This document shows, in pieces, positions 1 to 12,361 of a stretch of 64,000 nucleotides of DNA. The position numbers and the translations under genes are program-made. A model generated the notes under the pieces. That model searched no databases and had not been told where the DNA came from. It saw nothing but the letters and a program-made list of their open reading frames with translations. Each line of letters opens with the position of its first letter. Position 1 is the stretch's first letter. Location of the stretch: positions 372,001-436,000 of the forward strand of contig CBFDEM010000032.1 of the NCBI GenBank assembly GCA_965603825.1, in the 5' to 3' direction. The DNA is from Blepharisma stoltei ATCC 30299. Lineage: Eukaryota > Protista > Ciliophora.

Positions 1-1010
1 TTTTCTGTTTCTTGTCCAAGCATAGCATAAACGACTCCTTTAAGTATATATTCTCTAGGAACAGTTGGCTCTACATCTTTTATGAGCTTGAAGGCTTCCT
101 GGACTTCATCATTTCTTAAGTGATAAATTACTAAATTCAAACGAGCCTCAGGAATAATATCAATTAATGGGGGCAACACTTGCAAAGCATTTTCTCCATT
201 TCTGAATACAACCAGGTTATGTCTTAGCAAATCACTGTCATTAAATACGTTTCCACTTTCAGCAGCCGAAGAAATCCCCTTAAGCTCCTGCTCAGCCGCT
301 TTTCCATTAAAAAGCTGAAATTGGTTACAAGCCTTTAAATTAACTGCGATCACACTGTCAGGGTGCTGATTTAAGTAAACCTGCAAAATTTCATTGCTAA
401 CTTCAAAATAGTCTAGCTTGTAGTAGCACAAAGCAACATACACATTGAGTGCATTAAAATCTCTATTATCAAGTAATAATTTTTTATAAATATCATTGGC
501 TTCATCAAAGTGGCTTCTCAAATAATGGATTGCAGCCATGCACAGCTGATCTGGGGTGCTTTGACCTATTTTCTGATGATAAACCAATACAGCGTTTTCA
601 TCTCCACGCTTGTGAGCGATATGGAACATAAGTCTTACTAATAAAGGAGTTTCGGGAGCCTTCGTACACTCATCATAAGCTTCGTCATATTGGCATAGGG
701 CATAATAGCAGCATGCCTTATAAGTATGAAGCTCAGGAGAATATCCAGGATTTTTCATGAGTTCATCATAAGCTTCTATAGCTTTTTTATACTCTCCTGC
801 ATGAAATGCTGAATATGCCAATCACAGTAACAGCTTTTCGTCTCGAGCGGCTGATTTTTGGATTTCAAGGAATGTTAAGGCGCCTAAAAAGTCTCGGTCG
901 TCAATAAATGACTGCAGCTTAGGCATTTGCTGCTCTTTTCGCTGGACATTTGGGACAGTTGCTTGCTGATTTGCTTTATGCCTTGATAATGCTGAATTTG
1001 GTCTATTCAT
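1..1010 (-). CDS. IFT56: Intraflagellar transport protein 56 (TTC26), 3'-truncated by window edge
   Basis: ORF 822-1010 continues through TGA(822-824)=W: [18 protein letters not shown]...[19 protein letters not shown]...[21 protein letters not shown], matching TTC26/IFT56 motifs. Confidence 0.93.
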
Positions 1011-1187
1011 TTTTATATTTTGAAATCCTGTTAAAGAGCTTACTTAGCTGTTTCGCTATATATAGCAATTAAAGAAAAAGAATTTTAATTGTTCAGAGCA
1101 ATTTAGGTTTTCTTAATAATTTTAAAAATTGACTTATAAGAAATAAATGAGCGTTTATATGAGCATTTATGACCTTTAATAAATATT

Positions 1188-2351
1188 ATGGGTGTATGCA
1201 TATCTAGAGTAATTGGTCCTCAAATAACTAAAGAAGAATTGAAATCAAAAATATACACAGCGATAGATCTTGAGAAAGTGGGAGCTTTAAGTCATTTATG
1301 AAAAGTCTATATTCGACAGAGACCAAAATTTGTTCCTTTGTTTGACATCAATGAGCCATTGATAGAGATTCAAGGAGTAATTTTAAATTAGGTTGAAATA
1401 AATAGTCTAGCTTTTGCAATTAGGGTAGGAAAGACAAGTATAGTTAAATTTCTTATTGAAAATTGTAAGGCTAAAATTGAAGCAATGAATGATGTGTTCA
1501 ATGCGGTTGGGAAAACTCCAATGGACGTCATTTGTGAGTATGGGCACCTCGATCTCTTGAAATATTACTTACCACTTTATCTTGAATTCAAAGAAATGCA
1601 AGCTACAGAATTTTCAATCCATGAGGAAAAATCAGAAGATTTTTCTATTTTTAATTCAAAATTCCTCCAAAAAAAGCCGATGAAAGGTGCATCGGCCATA
1701 CAGAGAGCTTGTGAAAGAGGTAAAATTGATATTGTTGATTTTCTTATTAATTATTTTGATAGTAAATCTATACCGGATGAGTTTAATGTACATAATGAAG
1801 ACGAAAGAACAGGTGAAAATTGTGCTTTAATAAGCTGCCGAAACGGAAACCTCGCACTTGCGATGCTTCTTTATAAGAAGTGCAATGCAGATTTTCACAA
1901 ATTGAATAAAAGATCAGAAAATGCAATACAATTAGCAACTATTGGAGCCAATAAATATCCTTACCGAAAACATCTGGATTTATTGAAGTTTTTAATTGAA
2001 GAGCTCAATGTAGATGTGACTTATCATTATGAAGAAACTTTGATTATCTCAGAAAACCCTATGATCACTTCGTACTTAGAGTATAAACTAATACAAAAAG
2101 GCATAAGCCAAGCTAGAAAGAAAAATATTGAAAAGGAAAATGCTATTAAATCTGTAACTGGCGATGATTTGCAAGGATTATCTCCAGAAGTCATAGAAAA
2201 ATTAAATAGAGCTGGAAGAGAGTTTGAGTTTACTGAAATATTTAGAGAGGAATTGGATGAAAAATCACAATCTCTTGTTAGCTCAATTAGTCAATTGGGG
2301 GAATCAGAGGATATCTCAATCCCAAAATTTTGGGAAGAAAAGCGAATTTAG
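1188..2351 (+). CDS. Ankyrin-repeat protein, possible N-myristoylation (MGVC)
   Basis: ATG 1188, TGA=W at 1299, intron 1377-1391, joins ORF 1485-2351; ANK motifs GKTPMDVICEYGHLDLLKY, SAIQRACERGKIDIVDFL, GENCALISCRNGN. Confidence 0.8.
1377..1391 (+). other. 15-nt spliceosomal intron
   Basis: gtaattttaaattag; removal restores frame. Confidence 0.85.
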
Positions 2352-2835
2352 AAAAATAGGAAAATTTGTTGTCGATAATAAAAAATCTTATAAATAAATT
2401 TAATAATAAAAATATCTAATTATCATTTAAGATCTTTTTACTATTATTATATATCAAAACCACTCAAAAGATACATTATTTAAAAAAATGATAATAAATT
2501 CGCTCTTAATCTAGATTAAAATAAAGAATAAGTAGTCATTAACTTTTCAGCATTCTTCTCAAAATCCTTCCAGAAATAGACATAAAAGTAGCCCATCTAA
2601 AAATAATTTTCTAGAATTAATAATTTTAAAACATTTTTTCACTAAGGCTTATTTTCTCATGCTTCTATTTTAATGGATTTCCTTTTTATAGCAAATTGAA
2701 TTTCTGGATATGGTAGTTTCTTATTATGAAATTCAGTTATTTTTAATAGCTGATATTTACTCACTATTCTCTGCTATTAAATATATTTACTACTGACGTT
2801 AATCATAAAACATTAGAAAACCATTTATTTAGAAA

Positions 2836-3657
2836 ATGAAAGCTGCTGAAAACTTAGCTCAAGATGAAAATGAGTGTAAGATCTAAATAGCAAATGCAAA
2901 TCCTCAACCTCGGAGCTCTTCTAATAGCAAGCATAGCCAAGTCGGACAAAAATATATAGGCTTTCTGATGTCCCAAATCAAGTTGATGAAGCAAGTGATT
3001 GAGCAAAACAGTATTATTAATTCAAAATTTCTAGATATCAGAAACGAAATTGAGAGGCTGCAGCAATCTAATGCTCCTTCGGAATCAGTTCAAGGTCCAG
3101 TTCCAACCAAAAAGAATATTTTGGAGTTAATATGCCCTGAAGTAGAATCATATGATTACAGCCTTTCATTAGTTGATAAAATTCCTTCACCTGTCTGCAA
3201 GGGTAAATACTTTTCGTTCAATGTTTCACTCAAAAATGAAGGGATACTAAAGATTCCAATAGAAGAAAGGATCCAGATAAAAGTTTCTATCTATTCTGCA
3301 GAAAATCCTCCAAAAGTAATTAAAAAGAATATGAGTGGTGAAATTATGATAAAAGGCCATACTACAAGCACACTCACTTATGACTCAAAACTGGGCACCC
3401 ATTCAGCAAGTTTTAAAATCCAGCTTAATGAAGTTACTTCGCATTTTATGAATGGATGAGTATTTTTGGTTGTTGAAACTCAGACACCTTGCGAATTTTT
3501 AGAAACACTGGGGATATATATTAAGCCTTTGATAATAAAGAAATTGATAATTAAAGCAAAAGAAACGACTTGCAAAAGATGGCGTGAGAAAGAGCAGGAG
3601 ATGAGAGAAATTGCATCTGAAGAGAATTTAGAAAGCGGAAATTCTGCTGAGTCTTAA
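2836..3657 (+). CDS. Hypothetical protein (N-terminal coiled coil + beta-rich domain)
   Basis: ATG 2836, intron 2876-2890, TGA=W at 3457 joins ORFs 2968-3459 and 3466-3657 (VTSHFMNGWVFLVV). Confidence 0.75.
2876..2890 (+). other. 15-nt intron
   Basis: gtaagatctaaatag. Confidence 0.75.
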
Positions 3658-4567
3658 GAATGCTGACATTTAAATAATGCTAAAGATAAATATATGTTGC
3701 ATTTTGAATATTCATCTTTTTCTTTGATGAGTAAATTTATAAATGTAAATACGATTAAAATTAAAAAATGAATATGAATAAAGATAATATTGCAGGAAAA
3801 TTTTTCGAATATTCGCATTTATATTCAAAATACATTTTCTATACTTATTATAATGACAGGAAATTACAGATATTAAACTCAATTGATTTCTATAGTTTAA
3901 AATCCACTTTTGCAATATTTATGACAGAATATTTGAATATGCCTAATAAATAACTAAAAATGATATCATTTTTAGGGACTAATACTTCAATAGTAAATGA
4001 CTATAAATCATGACAATTATTAATTGAGCAAGAGCTTTCATGATTGCATTTTTTAAAAAAAAGTTCTATCAAATCTTGAAATTTATTATTCCCTATTCAT
4101 TGTAGCATAAATTATAGATTCTATATAAATAAATAATTAGGATGAAAAAGGTCCTTATTTTTTCGAAAAAATTGGTATGATTTAGTGTCTCTACCTATCA
4201 TGAAAGACTGTAAGGAGCTTTGAGCTTTCAAATACTTCAAAAAGTGCCAATTGCGAGCTGAAGGGTGAGTCTCTCTAGCCTATTGGGAATTAAGATAAAT
4301 GGAGCAGCTCTAATTCCATGGAAGATTGATGCTCGTAGAAGTCAGAAGAACTCTCCAGGAGATAGGCGACTTCAGTCGAAAACTTATATAGAAATCAAGC
4401 CTGAAAATCTTCAATGAACTGATTATCATTGGGTAAATCAAATTATAAGATATATGAATATTGTTTGACCAAAATAATGCGTATTAATATCCTGCAAGCT
4501 CTCATTTTATCTCTACACACATAATTAGCTTTTCTTTAATTATTCATTCTTACTTTTAACTTCATAA

Positions 4568-5545
4568 ATGTCAGAGCTCAGCTCCCAGTCGTTTTATTTA
4601 GAACCTTCACGACTAAACCAAACAGCTCCTCTTCCTATAAGTGAAATATACAAAACTATTAAAGGCTCTAACGATGATTGAGGTGTTGAAGGTTATCAAG
4701 TTCCTAAAAAATGTGCAGTTTATATTACAAAAGAAATAAAAGTCCCCAATGCTAAAAAGCGAGACATGTTCTATGATATTAGCAAAAAAGAAAAGGAGCC
4801 ATCTCCTATTACATATGCTCCAAGTAATGAGCAAGTACTCAAACGCTACTGGGATAAAGCAACAGGAAGATTTAGGAAAGCTCAAAGGAAAACTGTTATT
4901 GATGAAGTCATGAAGCTAAGCCCAAGAGTCCCAGGACCTGGAACTTATCATGTAACTGAAAGAGGACAGTCAGAAAAACCGAAATACAAGATCCCACTCG
5001 GCATTATGGAGTAAAAATTATACAGCAAAGCGCAAGGGTTGTCTTTCTTAAGCAGCACTGAATTTTATGCTGAAGAATCACCTGGAAGTGGAAGGTATTT
5101 TGAGAAAGAAGAAGATAGAGAAAAAGCTGTAAAAATTATTTAGTATACCAAAAGAGAAAGAAAATCTCCTGTGTTTAAGTATTATGCTGGAAAACCCGAG
5201 AAAAAGATGGAAAAGCAAGAGGTTGGACCTGGATATTTAAAAAATTTAGAAAATTCTGTAAAAAGATCGTCAACTATGAGAAGATCTCCAAATGCACTAT
5301 TTCCCAAGTCAAACCCACCAAATGCTATCCATCGCAGAGCAGCCACGACTAAGTTCGTGCCTGGGGTAGGGGCTTATAAAGATGTAGAAAAAGCATATAC
5401 AGGCCATATCGTTAAGAGAAAAGAAAGAATTCCTTTCATCTCTCCCTATAAATTCACAAGATTTAGCGACGCAGAAGCTAAAAATCATAATTGGGTTCCT
5501 GGTCCTGGATCTTATGAAATCATGCCTCCAATGAGGAAAAAATAA
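4568..5545 (+). CDS. SHIPPO/ODF3-like PGPGxY repeat protein (ciliary/microtubule-associated)
   Basis: ATG 4568, one TGA=W, introns 5011-5025 and 5129-5143; repeats VPGPGTY, SPGSGRY, VGPGY, VPGVGAY, VPGPGSY. Confidence 0.85.
5011..5025 (+). other. 15-nt intron
   Basis: gtaaaaattatacag; same position as intron in paralogue at 25993-26007. Confidence 0.88.
5129..5143 (+). other. 15-nt intron
   Basis: gtaaaaattatttag. Confidence 0.85.
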
Positions 5546-5576
5546 TTTTTTAAAATTAAATTTTAGAAGTACTTAT

Positions 5577-6017
5577 TTATAAATCGTCAATTTTCCCTCG
5601 TCTTGAAAACTTCTTTCTTGGGCCCCCAGTTTCCACCCTATATCTGAGTTCTCTTCTCTTTTTTGTGTATTTAAAATCAATTTCTATATCTTTAGAACTA
5701 TTAAGCCCCTCTATCAGCACAGGCACCAATTGACCAAACCTAGCCTGCTTTGATAGACTTGTATGTGAAATTTCTATTGCTTCTTCATCTGAAATTCATT
5801 GTATACAGTGATTATAAGCTCTTTCTATCAATTTATTTCTTAAATCTACCGCATCTAAATTAGGCTTTATTGCTATAGCTCTTTCTAATTCATCAAATTT
5901 TTGTTTTTGAAGTCACATTGTAAGGGAGTAACAGGAGTTTTCTTTTAGCTCTTCTAAGCTGAAATCTGTAATTACTAAGATAATTAAAGCGAAAAATAGG
6001 GTCTTTTGCAGTAGCAT
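5577..6017 (-). CDS. Small secretory-pathway protein (146 aa), signal peptide and C-terminal KIDDL; absent from ORF track
   Basis: MLLQKTLFFALIILVITDFSLEELKENSCY...RRGKIDDL*, open only with two TGA=W. Confidence 0.7.
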
Positions 6018-6059
6018 ATTAATTTTTATCAAGAATTTTGCTACTTAAATTAGTCTAAA

Positions 6060-6797
6060 ATGGAGTCAAGCGGGAAATTATTATTTATAGGTCCTGTTGA
6101 GGTAGCGCATGGAGAAATAGTAACTTTGCAACTTCCAAGAAGTCAAATGCCTTTCCTTTTGACTGACAGCTCTATTTACTCTATTCAAAAATCATCATTT
6201 TTTGGTTCTTGCGTAGTTGGCAAAACTATAAATAGCTCGACTGAAGTGTTTATAATAACACCATTTGATCCAATTTTCCTTTTGCTGCCAGTTTTAAATC
6301 AAATTTATTCATTTCGTGCTTATGAAGAAATTTTGAGGGATTCTAATCTTTCTGCGCTTATAGGGAAAAGCGAAATTCTAGCAAAAGTTTCAAAGTTTTG
6401 TGAGTGCAAAGACCATCAGGGCCAGCTTTATGTTAGGACAACTGAAGAAAAAATCAATGAATGGCTTCAAATGAAATTTGAAGCCCTTGTAAGAGAAATT
6501 TCAGTGAAAGTCCCATGGGCTATGAGTATTCAAGGGCAGAATCCAAATGCAACAAAAACTGCTTTAGGAATTCTATATGAGCTTCTAAATGATGATTTTT
6601 TTATGAGACTTAGTATGGGCTTCACTATTAGAGAAATTTTGATAACAGGTAAACCGCAACCTTTAAGAAGGCAAAATAATGAAATTGAAAACTTCAAACC
6701 TCAACAGCACTCGGCCAAAAAGAAACCACAGCCTCCTAAAAAAGCTGCAAACCTTCCTAAAGGCCAATTAACACTGAGTTTTGCGAAAGCAAAATAA
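6060..6797 (+). CDS. RNASEH2B: Ribonuclease H2 subunit B
   Basis: FIITPFDPIFLLLP motif, EKINEWL..K segment, C-terminal PIP-box-like KGQLTLSF. Confidence 0.72.
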   Translation: MESSGKLLFIGPVEVAHGEIVTLQLPRSQMPFLLTDSSIYSIQKSSFFGSCVVGKTINSSTEVFIITPFDPIFLLLPVLNQIYSFRAYEEILRDSNLSALIGKSEILAKVSKFCECKDHQGQLYVRTTEEKINEWLQMKFEALVREISVKVPWAMSIQGQNPNATKTALGILYELLNDDFFMRLSMGFTIREILITGKPQPLRRQNNEIENFKPQQHSAKKKPQPPKKAANLPKGQLTLSFAKAK

Positions 6798-7042
6798 TAA
6801 TTACTAATTAATATTTTCAGGGATAATATAATTGTATTCTATACCTTTCCATAGCCCTTGTTCATTTTTTATCTAAATTATTCTATTTAGATTTGCCGAA
6901 ATATATTAAATTTTATTCACTTAATAACAAAAATCACCCTATGAAGACTAAAATAAACTCATTTTAAGCTTAGCCAATCAAAAACTTAACGGAAATTACG
7001 TAAAATGCAAACGAGTAATTTGATATAAAATTAAAAGGGTAA

Positions 7043-7297
7043 ATGCTAAATCAAACAGTAAATGATTTGTGGGCATGTGATCTTTTCTATTCAACCGAAG
7101 TATTTCCTTCTCCTCCTAGAAAAGATACTGAAAATGTAGTATCGTCAGGATCTATAAGCAGATACAGCAACTCTCGATCTCCGAATGAACCTCTTATTCT
7201 TTCTGGTAGAAGCCCATTAAGGAATTTAGCGCAGTCTACAAATGGAAGACTTTATATTGCAAATGATCCTGTAATTAGAAGACTCAACTTTCAATAA
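7043..7297 (+). CDS. Small S/P/R-rich hypothetical protein
   Basis: 84-aa ORF, more GC-rich than its AT-rich flanks; SP sites and terminal RRLNF. Confidence 0.55.
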   Translation: MLNQTVNDLWACDLFYSTEVFPSPPRKDTENVVSSGSISRYSNSRSPNEPLILSGRSPLRNLAQSTNGRLYIANDPVIRRLNFQ

Positions 7298-7479
7298 AAT
7301 CTGCATAATATATATTCAAGCCAATACTTTGAATTAAATATTTAAATTTAATCTGGCGCAAAAATATTTATAAAATTAATAAAAAATTGGGTGTTCAAGA
7401 AATACGCTTATAAAGAAAATTTGTTGAACGAGGCTCGACCTTTTCTATGCTTTAAGTAAAATTACCCTTATGATAAATA

Positions 7480-10400
7480 ATGGCTTTATCTAAACCTCTT
7501 AATTTAGTTAAAAGCTCAGATGCTTGCAAGCATATGTAATTTCAACATAGAGAAAGCGTTCAATTTGGACTACCTTCATGCGTGGAAACAGAGAAATCAT
7601 CTGTAGTTGAAATCATTAATAAACAGCTCTATACAGAAAATCATTTAGCTCCTTATCCTTATGGCCCACTAGACATTCACTTAGGAACTTCAGAAAAGTC
7701 TCAAATTTGTGAAACATGCAAACAAAAACTCATATTTTGCCCTGGACATTGTGGATACATAAAATTGCATCTTCCTATTTTTCACATCGGATACTTTCGG
7801 CATACCCTTACGATCTTACAAATAATTTGCAAAAAATGTTCCAGACTGCTTGTGCCTTCTGAAGATTTTTTACAAAAATGACTCATAGTTGCAAGAACTC
7901 GAAAAATGGATATAATTCAAAGGGAAAATGTATTTAAAAGTATTATTAAAGCGTGCAAAAAACAAAAGCTTTGCTTATATTGTAGTGAAATCAATGGAAA
8001 TGTAAAGAAAAATGGTCTGAAAATTATCCATGAGAAGTACGGGGACGAGACGCAGTATATAATTGATGATTTAAGCTATATGATATCTAAGCATAAAGAA
8101 ATAAAAGATCAAATAGCCAGCAAGGTGACCTTCGAAATCAACGCAGTTGAAGCTTTGGAATTATTCCAAAAAATCCATCCAGATGATGTAAATCTTCTTG
8201 GTATGAATTCTGAAGTTTCTCATCCGAAAGATTTGATAATCACACACATATTAGTTCCGCCTGTATGCATTAGGCCTTCTGTACAGGTTTCTCAAGGAGT
8301 TACTAATGAAGACGATTTAACAGTGAAGCTTCAAGAAATCATCAATTTAAATTCACTTATAAAAAGCACACTGGATGAAGGAAAACCCTTAAATAAGGTA
8401 ATAGAAGAATGGGAATATTTGCAAGCCATTTTTGCACAATATATAAACAGTGAAGCGTCGGGCTTACCTCCATCTATTACTATGGGAAAACCTATTAGAG
8501 CTCTCTGTCAAAGACTGAAAGGAAAACATGGTAGATTCAGAGGAAATTTGTCAGGTAAAAGAGTGGATTTTTCAGGAAGAACTGTCATTTCTCCAGATCC
8601 AAATTTGAGCATAGAAGAGGTTGCAGTCCCAGAGCTGATGGCAAAAGTTTTGACTTTTCCTGAAAAAGTTCTTCCATATAACATTGAATATTTAAGAAAA
8701 CTGATTATGAGAGGCCCATTTTTACACCCAGGTGCCAATAGTGTTCAATTTATGCGTAACAATGAAAAAATCTTACTCCAGTATGGCAAGAAAAACGAAT
8801 TAGCTGCAGCACTTCAAATTGGAGACATTGTAGAAAGGCATTTAGCAACTGGAGATTATGTGCTATTTAATAGGCAGCCATCACTTCATAGAATTTCTAT
8901 TATGGCACATAGAGTAAAAGTAATGAAAAATAGAACTCTAAGGTTCAATGAATGTGTATGCACACCTTATAATGCAGATTTTGATGGTGATGAAATGAAC
9001 ATTCATCTACCCCAAACATATGAAGCTCAAGCTGAAATAAAAGAATTGATGAATGTTAGTGGAAATATTCTGACACCTAAAAGTGGCGAGCCTATAATAG
9101 CTCCAACACAAGATTTCTTAACTTGCGCCTTTTTGTTGACCCAAAAAAATGTATTTTATGATAGGTCTACATTCTTTAAATATATTTCGTATTTTTCTGA
9201 TGCAAGCCAAAGAATCGATATTCCTAAGCCTACAATATGGAAACCGAGAGAGCTTTGGACAGGCAAGCAGCTATTTTCAGTCTTGCTAAAGCCTAACAAA
9301 TCAGGAAAACTCATCAATCTAGAAGTAAAAGAAAAAAATTACTCCTCTGGCGGATGCATGTGTCCTAAGGATGGCTGGGTCGTTATAAGAAATTCTGACC
9401 TTCTATGTGGAAATATTTGCAAAACAACTATTGGCTCTGGCTCAAAAGGAGGAGTCGTTTTCACATTAGTAAGGGAATATTCTCCAACTGAAGCAGCAAA
9501 GTTTATGAGACGAATGGCAAAATTAAGCTCACGATGAACCATGGAACGAGGCATTACGTTTGGAATTTCTGATGTAACGCCATCAAATGAGCTTTTATCA
9601 GCTAAAAAGAGCATAATTCAAGCTGGAGTTGAAGAATGCAATCACCAAATTGAGCTATGGAAAATAGGCAAGCTACAATTAAAGCCTGGCTGCAATGCTG
9701 AGCAGACGCTTGAAAGTGTATCAAACGGAAAATTGTCACAAATTAGAGACAAACTAGGAGAAATCCTGAAAAATGGGCTGAATATTTTTAATTACCCATA
9801 TGTGATGGCTATTAGTGGCTCAAAAGGCTCCAATATTAACCTTTCACAAATGATAGCTTGTGTAGGACAGCAGACTGTGTCTGGACACAGAATTCCTGAT
9901 GGGTTTTGGGGAAGAACCCTGCCTCATTTTAGTAAAGGAGATAGATCACCTGAAGCTAAAGGTTTTGTCTCAAATTCGTTTTATTCAGGGATGACACCAA
10001 GTGAATTTTATTTTCATACCATGGGAGGTAGAGAAGGGCTTATTGATACAGCTGTAAAGACTGCTGAAACTGGATATATGCAAAGAAGACTTATGAAGAG
10101 CTTAGAAGACATGTCAATTAAATACGATTATAGTGTAAGAACTTCCACCAATGAAGTCGCTCAATTTCTATACGGAGATGATGGGCTAGAGCCTATGAAG
10201 ATGGAAAATGATGAAAAGCCTATAAATTTTTCAAGGTACTATGAGCACATAAAAGCGACTATAAAAAGAGAAAAAATTTCATTAACGCCATATGAAATTT
10301 TGAATATATCAAATCATGAAATTAAGAAAAGGAGAGAATTAAAGATAGAAGGACAAGAAGGATTTTTGAATGATATCACAATTTTCTTGGAAGATACAGC

Positions 10401-11649
10401 GAAAAAGATTGCTGACACAAGACAATTAGTAGGTCTTAAGAGATGTGATACACAAGACCAAGAAAGAAATGTAGAAGATAATACAGAAAAATCTATATCA
10501 AACTTAATTAATTTATCAGAATTCCAGCTGAAAACTTTTATAGCAAGATGCTGGGAGAAGTACTCAAAAGCGCAAATAACCCCAGGAGAAGCAGTAGGTG
10601 CTGTAGCAGCTCAGTCGATAGGAGAGCCAGGCACCCAAATGACATTGAAAACTTTTCACTTTGCTGGTGTGGCATCTATGAATATCACTTTAGGTGTTCC
10701 TCGTATAAAAGAAATTATTAACGCTGTAAAAGAAATCAGCACACCAATCATATCAGTGAAGCTTCTCAGAGAAAACAACAACGTTGTATCAGCAAGGATA
10801 GTCAAAGGAAAGCTAGAAAAAACTTTACTAGGAGATATAGCATTATACATCAAAGAAGTCTTCACGCCTCGAGGCTGCTATTTAAGCATAAAAATCGACA
10901 CAAAAACAACAGACTCTTTACGCCTTGAAATTGACGCAGAAAAAGTAAAGCAGGCCATTTTGCATCATGGAAGGCTCAAGCTTAAAGACAAGCACATCAT
11001 AGTAATGAGATCAGACAAATTGCGTGTAAACTCATACGAGACTACCCGTGATAAAATGTATTTTTCTTTACAAGAATTAAAAACCAAGCTTCCTCATGTA
11101 ATGATTAGTGGAATCCCCACAATTCAAAGGGCCGTCATCAGTGCTGATGAAGAAAACAAGAATTTTAATTTGATCATTGAAGGGTATGGCTTGTATGAGG
11201 TGATGCAAACACAAGGGGTTGATTTCAGGAAATGCAAAACCAACCATGTAATGGAAAGCGAAGAAATTTTGGGTATTGAAGCTGCTAGAAATACGATTAT
11301 TGGAGAGATTAAATATACCCTAAAAGAGCATGGAATTTATGTAGACCCTCGGCATATTGCATTAGTAGCTGATGTTATGACATTTAAAGGACAAGTACTC
11401 GGGATTACAAGATTTGGGGTTTCTAAAATGAGGGATTCTACACTTATGCTTGCATCATTTGAAAAAACTGCAGACCATCTATTTGATGCAGCCTATAGAG
11501 GAAGCTTAGATCCTATACAAGGAGTATCTGAAAGAATTATCATGGGAAAGCCTGTGTCTTTGGGGACAGGAATATGTGATCTAATTTATAAGCCAGAAAA
11601 CCCCATTTCAAGGATTCCAAGAAAAAGAAAGCCGCTAATTTTAGGGTAA
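7480..11649 (+). CDS. POLR3A: RNA polymerase III largest subunit (RPC1)
   Basis: ATG 7480, intron 7536-7550, TGA=W at 7879 and 9535; CPGHCG Zn site, GKRVDFSGR, NADFDGDEMN, TLKTFHFAGVASMNITLGVPRIKEIINA, no CTD heptads. Confidence 0.96.
7536..7550 (+). other. 15-nt intron
   Basis: gtaatttcaacatag. Confidence 0.88.
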
Positions 11650-11717
11650 AAGCGAAATAAACAAATCTAAGAAAATTCTTTTTAAGTCGTAATTTTATAT
11701 AAATGACAGAATTATAA

Positions 11718-12347
11718 ATGTCCAGAGAAATTGCTCTAAAGCTAGACCAAGAGCGTCTTATAATTGAGCAAGAAATCAAAGCAATTGTAGACTATTTAAC
11801 TGCCCCAGGGATGCCAGGAATAGATGGCCCACTGGTAGATGCAGAGCAATTCCCAATTCCTGGTCTTGACCATTATCGAATTAGAGAAGCCCGTCAAAGG
11901 TTTAACAGGCTAAACAACGACTACAAAGAAATCATGAAGAGAATAGAGCAAGAGCTTGAAAATTATTTCCAAAGTGTGCAGAGTGAAATACATAATGGAA
12001 ATAGTTCCTCGCATGATCAAGTCCCTATAGAAATTGGGATCCCAAGCTCAGCACTGCCTCATGCTTTTGCAATTATTTCTGAAGTCACTGAAGGAAGCCC
12101 TGCGATGCAAGCGGGATTGAAGAAGGAAGATAAGATCGTGAAGTTTGGAGATATCGATTATAGGAATCACAATAATTTGCAAGGGCTTGTCCAGTATATA
12201 GTTTCACATGAAAATCAAGAAATAAATGTTTTCATTATTCGAAAAAACGCTATTAATAGAGAAACTGAGCTAAGCTTGAAGATCACACCAAGGAGATGGG
12301 AAGGAAATGGAATTTTAGGATGCAGATTTGTCCCGACTACAAATTAA
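11718..12347 (+). CDS. PSMD9: 26S proteasome assembly chaperone p27/Nas2 (PDZ)
   Basis: GPLVDAEQFP..LD.Y.IR.AR...L.ND N-domain; PDZ GSPAMQAGLKKED; C-terminal PRRWEGNGILGC. Confidence 0.92.
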   Translation: MSREIALKLDQERLIIEQEIKAIVDYLTAPGMPGIDGPLVDAEQFPIPGLDHYRIREARQRFNRLNNDYKEIMKRIEQELENYFQSVQSEIHNGNSSSHDQVPIEIGIPSSALPHAFAIISEVTEGSPAMQAGLKKEDKIVKFGDIDYRNHNNLQGLVQYIVSHENQEINVFIIRKNAINRETELSLKITPRRWEGNGILGCRFVPTTN

Positions 12348-12361
12348 TAATGAAATTATTT

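Noticed and set aside
3712-3953. Short ORFs 3712-3915(-) and 3768-3953(+)
   Set aside because: Extremely AT-rich intergenic composition, no protein-like features
7480-11649. RPC1 (and many other genes) as pseudogenes or split genes
   Set aside because: All breaks are in-frame TGA at Trp-compatible sites or 15/16-nt introns; catalytic motifs are intact
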